A DNA stretch of 64,000 nucleotides from Cyanobacteria bacterium auto_48_18 (GTDB lineage Bacteria; Cyanobacteriota; Vampirovibrionia; Obscuribacterales; Obscuribacteraceae), in the NCBI GenBank assembly GCA_036170915.1, contig JAVHQC010000022.1, positions 383,420 through 447,419 on the forward strand, read 5' to 3'. The notes under the pieces are model-generated. The model was not told where the DNA came from. It worked only from the letters and a program-made list of their open reading frames with translations, and ran no database searches. Position numbers and translations under genes: made by a program. Positions 47,063-54,880 of the stretch are shown here, in pieces (position 1 is the stretch's first letter; every line of letters begins with the position of its first letter).

Positions 47063-47090
47063 GCTGAGGGCCGGATGGGTGTGCTATAGT
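47061..47090 (+). promoter_or_regulatory. Sigma70 promoter driving the small RNA/NYN cassette
   Basis: TTGCTG (47061-47066), 18 nt, extended -10 TGcTATAGT (TATAGT at 47085-47090). Confidence 0.6.
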
Positions 47091-47096
47091 ATCGAC

Positions 47097-47166
47097 ACTA
47101 CCCCATGTGGTTTACCTGCATGGCCCCACCCGGAAGACTGCAAGGTTTGCCGGGTGGATTTTTTTT
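47097..47166 (+). ncRNA. Putative ~70-nt two-hairpin small RNA or leader ending in an intrinsic terminator
   Basis: Hairpin CCATGTGG/CTGCATGG (47103-47123); hairpin CCACCCGG...GCAA loop...CCGGGTGG (47126-47157) followed by T8 (47159-47166). Confidence 0.55.
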
Positions 47167-47215
47167 GGTTTCGACCGCCTAGTTATTTGAGGATCAAGCC
47201 ATCCGAGTCAACTAC

Positions 47216-47677
47216 ATGATCGACGGTTTCAATGTCTATTATTCTGTGGCCACTTGTATCAGCAAGGGTAACATTGCACACGGGAAGTGGTTTGACTATC
47301 GTGGTTATTGTGAGTGGGTAACAGCACATAATCCGAACTTCTCGGCCGGGTCGAAAGTGCACCGTGTCCGGCTTTATTCTGCCCTTGCTCACCATGATCC
47401 AGATCCTTCGGTGGTATCACGACACCTAGTGCTGAACCAGGCGATGACTGCTACGAATGTTGAAGTCACGCTGGGAAATTTTAAGCGTAAGCGTATTCGT
47501 TGCAAGCTTCCTTCATGTGGTGGATCGTTCGACAAGCACGAAGAGAAGGAGACCGATATAAACGTGGCCATGGGTGTAATTGAATCCCTTCTGGTCGACA
47601 ACGTTGAACAGCACCAGCTGCCAGCAGCAATCCGGCTGCCCAGTGGGATTAATCTACTCAAGCCCACCTCCTGGTGA
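47216..47677 (+). pseudogene. NYN-domain (LabA/DUF88, PIN-like) RNase gene, apparently with an internal in-frame deletion
   Basis: IDGFN, KWFD, LYSA, LGNFK, CxxxxC and EEKETDINVA present; the GDxD catalytic block is absent and the sequence jumps to the family-type end QLP...G....KP.SW*. Confidence 0.75.
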
Positions 47678-47696
47678 GCCTCATTCCAAGTCGCAA

Positions 47697-48179
47697 CTAA
47701 TTTGCGCTTTTCAATGTTTGCAGATCAGCTAAATCAGCTTCTCTTCCAATCAGTTTTTTATAAGCGATCAAATCATCCAGTGGTTGAACACTCACTTTCA
47801 TTCCTTGCCATACATGCAGCTCGGCTTTCTTTAAATCGAAGTTGTAAGCCAGCCACTGCCCATTAGAAAACATTTGCTGGGCTTCGGTTTGATTGATGTC
47901 TACGAGGGTCGAGCCGATTTTCAATTTGAGCATCACCATCTGAAATTCACTGTCCTGGTAAAAGTGCAAAGGCTCGATTATGTGCTTGCGCAGCAGGTAA
48001 GCAACCAGTTCAATATGTGCGCGCGGCAGCTCTAAATCAATGTCTTGCAAAGGCCATTTTGAGCCGTGAATATTTCCGGCCAGGCCGCCCGTAAACTGAT
48101 ATGGCACCTTGTGCTCATGCAAAAGCGCGACCAAAAATTTGATGGCCTCAAGCTTTTCGTCATCGACAATGGCATTCAT
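47697..48179 (-). CDS. Minimal nucleotidyltransferase-fold protein (often annotated MazG-related)
   Basis: YQFTGGLA...HG....LQDIDL (GG...DxD), VDI, LIAYK..IGR..DLAD. Confidence 0.7.
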   Translation of the reverse strand: MNAIVDDEKLEAIKFLVALLHEHKVPYQFTGGLAGNIHGSKWPLQDIDLELPRAHIELVAYLLRKHIIEPLHFYQDSEFQMVMLKLKIGSTLVDINQTEAQQMFSNGQWLAYNFDLKKAELHVWQGMKVSVQPLDDLIAYKKLIGREADLADLQTLKSAN

Positions 48180-48191
48180 CGTATTTTGATC

Positions 48192-50486
48192 TTAGTCTTT
48201 ATTGCCACTATTGGAAAGTTTTTGCGCAAACTTAGAATAGGCGTACGACGAGATCAGCAGTATCACTCCAGCGCCGATGAAGGAGAGAATTCTTTGAATG
48301 GTTTCGGCACCGGCAAGATCCACCAGCAGAAGCTTACCGGCCACCAGACCAAATACACAAAGGCCCATGACTCTAAAGGCTTTTTGAGGTAGGTTAAAGC
48401 CTGCCACCAATAGGAACATGCCTTCGATCGCCCAACCGGCGCTCACCAGACCAGGCTGCAATTTGACGCCCAGCAGCATAGTCACCACAATGGTGGCCGT
48501 AATGCTGTAAATAAGGCCAATAAAGCGCTCTGGACTATTCTTGATAATATCGAGGCGATGCTTTTGATATTGGTAACTGCTGCCATAAATCAGTGCGGCA
48601 GAAATGAGCGTGCCGGGCCAGCTCCAGTTTTGGTTGAGACTCATAAGTGTGCAACAGGCTACGAAGTAGAACAGCAAACCAGTAAAGCGAATCAGACGGC
48701 TATTGACTTGAAATCCGAGTGCCACTACCGATGATGCCTGTGCTACCCACAGCAGTGGCAGCCAGTGATTGGCAACATCGTTGCCATGTTGATCAAGCGC
48801 TGGGTTATAGAGCACTTGCGACGGAATCAGTGCATAAAGCAAAATGCCGCCGAGAAAATATGAAGCAAAGAAAAACCTGCGCTCACCGTACGATTGCACT
48901 GCGGCAAACTGTTCGCTGCGCTGGAACAAACCAGCGGCAACAAAAGCAATGGCACCAAACAGGCAGGTAATGATGCTTCCGCGAATAGGATAGGGGCCGA
49001 TATTTTGCTGATAGGTATTGTTAGAATCAAACAAAATCGCCGCTCCTACCACTAAACAAAGTGCATAGGCAAACCAGCGCAGTGATTTTATTTGATTTTG
49101 CAGACCGAGGAATGTCAGAGCCAGTACTTCGAGCGCGAGCAAACAATTAGTGGTTTGACCGTCGTGAAACAGCTGCGGAATTGTCAAAGTAGCAAATGCA
49201 GTGCCTAGAGTCAGGTAAGTAGTGCTTTGCGCCGGTGCATCTCTCAGGGCCAGCTGCTTGGCCATGACAAGATAAACGGCACAGAGCAATAATGGAAACA
49301 GAAATTCGTTAGCCCCAAGGGCCAGATAGACGCTGCCTTGCGTGCCAAAATAAAAGCAAAGTGCTGAAATAATGGCCCCAGCGATTAGACGCGCACGGCC
49401 TTTTTTGATAACTTCGGGCAGATAGAGTGAAACTGCACCAAAGGCAAGCCAGTTAGTGAGCAAGAAAGCAACTCTCATGGCATTGAACGAAGTTGGCGAC
49501 ACTGGCACGTGCGCCGATGCCGTGGCCTGAAGCAATGTGGCAAAAGCCGAAGTGTAAGCGGCGCATAGCCCCCAGAAATAGAGCACGCGCCAGTGCATGC
49601 GGGTACACAGATAGGCGGTGGTAAGGGTCAAGATGCCGGCGGCGGTGGTGGTCAGCACCGTGGGTTCGGTCAGTGGAATGGTTATGAAACCAAGCACCAC
49701 CGCCAGGGTGGCCATAATTTCTGAACGCTTGTGCAGAGAATGAGCAATTGCCATACCTGCCACGGCAAGCAGCAGGCAGACTGCGGTGATGGGCTCGCCA
49801 ATTAGCTGCACTGAGGCGATAAAATGCATGGCGTAGACACTGAAGTATGCCAGCGACCATCCGCCGCCCATGAGGCCACGCGCGTACCATGAGACGCTTT
49901 TGTTGCGGTGCTCTAGCCATTCGCCGAGCCCCAGCATACTGGCGGCGATGATAAGCCCGGTAGCGATTTTTGCAGCTGGCCCAAAATATTGAAAAGAGTA
50001 GATAATCAGTAAAGCTATACCAATAACAAGGCTACCGACACCCAGGGTATTGAGCCAGTAGAGGCCAATGCGAGTCTCTAAATTCTTTTTTGTACCTGGT
50101 GCCGCATCTGCCGCATCACCAGCGGTGCCTGCTGCAGTCTCTGGGGCAGGGCCCGAGCTACTGGTGTGAGATTGGGCGTCTTGAGGACCATTCTGTGAGC
50201 CTGTCTGAGTGCCTGCCTCGGGGTCTAGCGGTGCGTCGGCCACCGGGGCACTGTCGGCAATTCTTTCAATTATTAGCAAATCTGGTGCATTTTGCTGAGC
50301 GGCTTGAGCATGCTCCACTTTTATGTGTTCATGTTTTAAGAGGGCAGCATTTGCTTCTGTAAGTTGCGAAATTTCTTCTGTGGCAGGGGCCGAAAGCTCG
50401 AGCCTGGCTTCGATTGCCGTCAGTCGCGAATTGATTGCCACGATGGCCTGGCGCAGGCTGGAAATTTCATCTTCTTGCACTTTCAA
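48192..50486 (-). CDS. DUF2339-like polytopic membrane protein with coiled-coil/low-complexity N-terminus
   Basis: LETRIGLYWLNTLG, GGWSLAYF, KLLLVDL...QRILSFIGAG; paralog of 4098-6071. Confidence 0.82.
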   Translation of the reverse strand: MKVQEDEISSLRQAIVAINSRLTAIEARLELSAPATEEISQLTEANAALLKHEHIKVEHAQAAQQNAPDLLIIERIADSAPVADAPLDPEAGTQTGSQNGPQDAQSHTSSSGPAPETAAGTAGDAADAAPGTKKNLETRIGLYWLNTLGVGSLVIGIALLIIYSFQYFGPAAKIATGLIIAASMLGLGEWLEHRNKSVSWYARGLMGGGWSLAYFSVYAMHFIASVQLIGEPITAVCLLLAVAGMAIAHSLHKRSEIMATLAVVLGFITIPLTEPTVLTTTAAGILTLTTAYLCTRMHWRVLYFWGLCAAYTSAFATLLQATASAHVPVSPTSFNAMRVAFLLTNWLAFGAVSLYLPEVIKKGRARLIAGAIISALCFYFGTQGSVYLALGANEFLFPLLLCAVYLVMAKQLALRDAPAQSTTYLTLGTAFATLTIPQLFHDGQTTNCLLALEVLALTFLGLQNQIKSLRWFAYALCLVVGAAILFDSNNTYQQNIGPYPIRGSIITCLFGAIAFVAAGLFQRSEQFAAVQSYGERRFFFASYFLGGILLYALIPSQVLYNPALDQHGNDVANHWLPLLWVAQASSVVALGFQVNSRLIRFTGLLFYFVACCTLMSLNQNWSWPGTLISAALIYGSSYQYQKHRLDIIKNSPERFIGLIYSITATIVVTMLLGVKLQPGLVSAGWAIEGMFLLVAGFNLPQKAFRVMGLCVFGLVAGKLLLVDLAGAETIQRILSFIGAGVILLISSYAYSKFAQKLSNSGNKD

Positions 50487-50673
50487 CCTGCCTATTTGGT
50501 TAGATCTCGCTGCTTTTTATCGCAAATGTCTCAGGCTATCACAACTTTGCACCAGATCGCGTTTTTTACTCTGGCTAACATGAACGGTCACTTCTCGATC
50601 ACATTCGGAGCGTAAGTTGAAGATATGGGTGGTGCCGAGATGCGAAAAACGCGGCCCAAATGGGAGGCTCAAA

Positions 50674-51087
50674 ATGACAAGAGATGCGAAACAGTACACG
50701 GAACACGATTCATTGAATAATCCGCTGGCTAGCGGTCTACTTCACCGGCTTTGCAAGCACGCCGATGTAAAAGTTAGATTGCATCTAGCGGAAAATAGAC
50801 ACACACCGATCGAACTATTGATGGCACTAAGTGCTGACAATGATGCGGCGGTGAGATTAGCGGTGGCTGAGAATGCAAGCGCTCACCACTGTTTAATTGA
50901 ACGTGCAGTCAATGATGAAAGTGTTGATGTGCGCTACGGGCTAGCGGAAAATCCGCATGTGCCCTCGCATCTTTTGAAAATTTTGGCCCTCGATGAAAAT
51001 CCATATGTGGCCATGCGTGCTGAGCAAACCTTGGCGCGAGTAGTGAGAGAGTGCCTGGCACTCCACTGCTTGAAAAATCGCAATTAG
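50674..51087 (+). CDS. Leucine-rich repeat variant (LRV/HEAT-like) protein
   Basis: 24-aa repeats VRLHLAENRHTP, VRLAVAENASA, VRYGLAENPHVP; ATG at 50674 after GGGAGG. Confidence 0.75.
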   Translation: MTRDAKQYTEHDSLNNPLASGLLHRLCKHADVKVRLHLAENRHTPIELLMALSADNDAAVRLAVAENASAHHCLIERAVNDESVDVRYGLAENPHVPSHLLKILALDENPYVAMRAEQTLARVVRECLALHCLKNRN

Positions 51088-51113
51088 AATTTTTCCGGAT
51101 AAATTCGATTGTT

Positions 51114-51309
51114 GCAGAAGATCTGGTGGAGAATCCAGCTCTTATCGGATCTTCTGCGCCACCCATAATTTTTTAAAGAAATACTTTTTCGAAAGTATTT
51201 CTTGGAATTAAGCTGCCAGGGGCGAACAGCTCTCTTTTAAAAAAAATACCTCCGGAGGTATTTTTTTCAGATCTGAGCCGCCGTACTCCCCCCAGTATGG
51301 CCCGCGGCT
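51114..51309. other. Intergenic run of five consecutive hairpins/palindromes
   Basis: Stems at 51114-51157, 51176-51203 (TTCG loop), 51211-51231, 51240-51267 (perfect 28-bp palindrome) and 51276-51309. Confidence 0.6.
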
Positions 51310-51413
51310 GGCTTATATCAACGATTTTTTGCAATTTGATTATTTCCCTGCCATGAAATATGGTGCCATCCGTGACATGCTGCTTATGATGATAAGTAGT
51401 CAGGAGGTTTCCT

Positions 51414-53390
51414 TTGATTAATCGTTATGTAGGGCATATCGGGCCAGTTTTGAGCCTGTCTTTAACTCTCGTGGTGGCGTCAGCAGTATCACCGCTACAA
51501 TCCGCCAGTGCAGCGCCAACAGCAACTAAAGCAAAGACCCTGAGTCTGCAGTCTACTCGGGTTAGTCCTAATGCTTTTCGCGCCAGACTTTTAAAGGGCA
51601 AACTTTCGGCAGATGTGGCCGCGGCTGAAAAACTATTGCTTGCCGGAAAATATGTTCCTGCTCAAGACGCTTTTCGCGCGGCTTTAAACAAAAATTCAAA
51701 AGACACAGCCGCTATGACCGGTCTGGGATTCGCCCTGGCGCAGCAATATAAACTTGACGCAGCCAACGAGCAATTTACAAAAGCATTGAAAATCAATGCC
51801 AAAACACCTCTGGCCATGGTTGGTCAGTCGCTGGTGAAACTATATCGATTGCAGTCATCATCAATGACCGTCATTTCGCAAAGGCAGGCATCATTAACCT
51901 CAGCCGAAGCTGGTTGTAAGCAAGCATTAAAGCTTGATCCCCAGGCTGCAGAAGCCTATATCGTGCTAGGTCTGGTGCAGAGAGAGCAGGGTCGTTTGAA
52001 TGAAGCGCGCAATAGCCTTTCTATGGCTATTAAATTAGACCCGCAATATGCTTCGGCCTTTGTTCAGCGTGGCTTAATCGATTTAAAAATGGGTGATACA
52101 GCTGCTGCCCTGACTGATTTTAATTCGGCTATCACCCTTCGCCCTGACAATGCTTCTGCCTATTATGGCCTCGGACAGGCCTACCTCAATCAAGGAATGT
52201 ATGACGACGCCTACAAGGCCTTGAACACTTCCCTCTCTAAAAATCAGAATAGCGCGCCGGCGCACATTGCAATGGGTGACGTTTACTTCAAGCAAAATAA
52301 CCGCGTTGCCGCCATAAAAGAGTATCAAAAGGCAATCAGCATTAAAGCAGAAAATGAAGTTGCTTATTTGCGCATGGCCGACATTCGCGAATCGCGCGGC
52401 GATTTGGAACTGGCGCTGGGTGATTTGCGCTCAGGACTGGCTTTGAACCCCAATAGCGTAGATTTGCACCGCAGAACCGGCGATATTAATTTGCGACTTG
52501 AAAAAACTGATGATGCATTGAAGGAGTACACAACGGTGCTGGGCTTCATGCCGGGCGACGTTGCAGCCGTAAAAGGCATGACTCGCGCGCTCATGATCAA
52601 AGCGCAGAAAGAAGCCAATGGTGCTTTCTTTGTTGCCAACAACTTCGAATCAGCTGAGCACTTCATTCAACGGGCTATTCAGTTAAATCCAAATGATATG
52701 GAATTGCGCCTGGCTGATGCCAAACTGCGTGCTCTTTCTGGTAAACCGGTTGATTTATCCAATATTGGAACGCCCACTACTGACCCTCAGCGTATTGCCT
52801 ATGCTGAGGCATGCCTGGCACAATTTAAGTATCAGGAAGCCACAGATAATTTCGCCATAGTTATCGCTAACTGCACCACCGCCGCTCAAGCGTTTGCTGT
52901 AGCCGACATGGCGCTGATGATTCGCGACCTTGATAGCGCCGATGCTGCTTACAAGCGTGGTGGCACATTTACTGAAGAAGACGCTGCCGCTCGCTCTAAA
53001 CGTGGGCTAGGCAGGGTGGCCACAGCTCGCGATAAAGCTCGTCAGGCGCTAACTCTGGGGCAAGATCTCGAGCGTAAAAAACAGTTGACCAGCGCTATTG
53101 ATCAATATCGTGATGCCGCTTATCAAAATCCTAGACTGTCGGCAGCACACCTTGGCTTGGCTGATACTTTGCAAAAGCTGTATAACAAGTCAGCTCCGCC
53201 TTTGCGCGAAGCTGCTTTGCACTATCGCGCATACGCATCGCTAGAGCCAGGTTTGCCCGAAAAGCAATCAGAGAAAATTGCTAAGAAGGCAGCAAAATGT
53301 GATGAGCTCGCATTCAAAATTGAGCAGGGCAAATCTACAAGCAAATTGTCTTCCATTTTTAGTTCAGTAGAGAAATTCTTCAAAAACTAA
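51414..53390 (+). CDS. Secreted multi-TPR protein
   Basis: Signal peptide; many TPRs (AEAYIVLG, ASAFVQRG, ASAYYGLG, APAHIAMG); SD AGGAGG before TTG. Confidence 0.88.
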   Translation: MINRYVGHIGPVLSLSLTLVVASAVSPLQSASAAPTATKAKTLSLQSTRVSPNAFRARLLKGKLSADVAAAEKLLLAGKYVPAQDAFRAALNKNSKDTAAMTGLGFALAQQYKLDAANEQFTKALKINAKTPLAMVGQSLVKLYRLQSSSMTVISQRQASLTSAEAGCKQALKLDPQAAEAYIVLGLVQREQGRLNEARNSLSMAIKLDPQYASAFVQRGLIDLKMGDTAAALTDFNSAITLRPDNASAYYGLGQAYLNQGMYDDAYKALNTSLSKNQNSAPAHIAMGDVYFKQNNRVAAIKEYQKAISIKAENEVAYLRMADIRESRGDLELALGDLRSGLALNPNSVDLHRRTGDINLRLEKTDDALKEYTTVLGFMPGDVAAVKGMTRALMIKAQKEANGAFFVANNFESAEHFIQRAIQLNPNDMELRLADAKLRALSGKPVDLSNIGTPTTDPQRIAYAEACLAQFKYQEATDNFAIVIANCTTAAQAFAVADMALMIRDLDSADAAYKRGGTFTEEDAAARSKRGLGRVATARDKARQALTLGQDLERKKQLTSAIDQYRDAAYQNPRLSAAHLGLADTLQKLYNKSAPPLREAALHYRAYASLEPGLPEKQSEKIAKKAAKCDELAFKIEQGKSTSKLSSIFSSVEKFFKN

Positions 53391-53423
53391 ATCGGTAAAT
53401 CAAAATCAAACCAACGGAAGACC

Positions 53424-54845
53424 CTACTGCGGAGTGCCATCTGTAGTAGGGTCTTTACTCATGGTCAGGCTAGGTGGAGAAATGGCGTGTGGACTGGCTT
53501 CTGGCACTTCTTGTACTTTGGCCACGGCCTCATCGTCAGTCAATACATCGTCTCTGCTGCTTTCAGCAATAATGCGAGCGCGCTCTTTTAACTGAGCCAC
53601 CTGTTCGCGTGAGTCGAGATAATATAATGCGTAAGCATAACGCTCAAGATATGGCACTAGAGCCACTGAGTCGGGACCGTGGTGCACCTCGGCTAAGCGC
53701 AAAGCTTGCTCGAACAATGGTGCAGCTTCTGCATATTTTTTCTCTTGAGCATAGACATTGGCTAAAGCAAACATTGCCCGCCCTTCGTTGCCGTTGCGAG
53801 AAGGTGCAGCTTGCCAGAGGCCTTGAGCGCGAAGATATAGTGCTTCGGCCTCGGCCAATTTGCCCTGCTGTATCAGGCATCTGCCAAGTTTATCTAAGCG
53901 CGCATATACCTGATAGTGTTCAGGTGGTTGAATGCGTTCGGTTATATCGAGCGCGTCTTTTAAGTATGATTCGGCATCTTCGTTGTCTTTGCGCGCTAAA
54001 GCCAGGCTACCGAGGCTGTCATAGCTGTTGGCAAGCGATAAATGCTGCTTGCCAAGCACGGTTGATTTGATATTGAGCGCAGCCTTAAACAATCTTTCGG
54101 CCATGGCAAAATCTTCCCGGGCACCGTATATGTTGCCGATATCGTCGCAGGCGATGGCCCATTCAATCAACGGGTCGCGCATCACCGGTGATGCCTCTCC
54201 GGCCCATGCCTGTAGGGGCATTCCGGCCTTGAGAGTAATTTTGCCTTGAGCTTGAGTGCTGGCCTGACTAAGCTTGCCTTCCACAAAAGCGAGAATTTTT
54301 TCTGCCAGCGGAGTGGCCTTACCGGCGGTGCCATGATTTAAATAAAAATGCACCAGTGACGACATGGCCGGAATTAACTGTTCATCTTCACTGCCGCAAG
54401 CCACTGTTTTGACGGCCAACTCTTCTTCTAAATAGGGTTCTGCTTCAGCGAAGCGGCCGCGAATAGTAAGCAAGCGCCCTAATTCGCCATCACTTTTAGC
54501 CAGTCGCACATCTCCAGCTGGAAACGTACGGGCCAGATTAACGGCATATTTCAAAAGCCGTTCAGCATCACCGTATTCGCAGGCGTAGGCGGCTTTTTCG
54601 CCTTTTGACTGCACTTGCTCCCATGATCCTGGCGGCAAGGCAGAACAGGGCGTTAACAATTGGCTTGATAGGGCCAGGGTTAATGACGATGCTAGAATTA
54701 GCGATTTAGCTGTTTTTTTCATGTTTGGCTTTCTAACTGACTCTTCTTGATAGTACCGGATTTGGGGCCTCAGTGCACCTGCAAAGGTAGATAAATTCCA
54801 GGAAAAATCGGTTTGGCGATTGACCTTTGGCGGCATTTGACGCAC
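53424..54845 (-). CDS. Secreted TPR protein (kinesin light chain-like 42-aa repeats); start probably MKKTAK at 54722
   Basis: AERLFKAALNIKSTVLGKQHLSLANSYDSLG-type repeats; signal peptide after MKKTAK. Confidence 0.85.
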   Translation of the reverse strand: MRQMPPKVNRQTDFSWNLSTFAGALRPQIRYYQEESVRKPNMKKTAKSLILASSLTLALSSQLLTPCSALPPGSWEQVQSKGEKAAYACEYGDAERLLKYAVNLARTFPAGDVRLAKSDGELGRLLTIRGRFAEAEPYLEEELAVKTVACGSEDEQLIPAMSSLVHFYLNHGTAGKATPLAEKILAFVEGKLSQASTQAQGKITLKAGMPLQAWAGEASPVMRDPLIEWAIACDDIGNIYGAREDFAMAERLFKAALNIKSTVLGKQHLSLANSYDSLGSLALARKDNEDAESYLKDALDITERIQPPEHYQVYARLDKLGRCLIQQGKLAEAEALYLRAQGLWQAAPSRNGNEGRAMFALANVYAQEKKYAEAAPLFEQALRLAEVHHGPDSVALVPYLERYAYALYYLDSREQVAQLKERARIIAESSRDDVLTDDEAVAKVQEVPEASPHAISPPSLTMSKDPTTDGTPQ

Positions 54846-54880
54846 AGTAGCAAGGATAATTTATTTGGGCAATCAGTAAA

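Noticed and set aside
46994..47759. Calling the NYN cassette an IS element or prophage
   Set aside because: No transposase, integrase, terminal inverted repeats or phage genes; only the duplicated gene end is supported.
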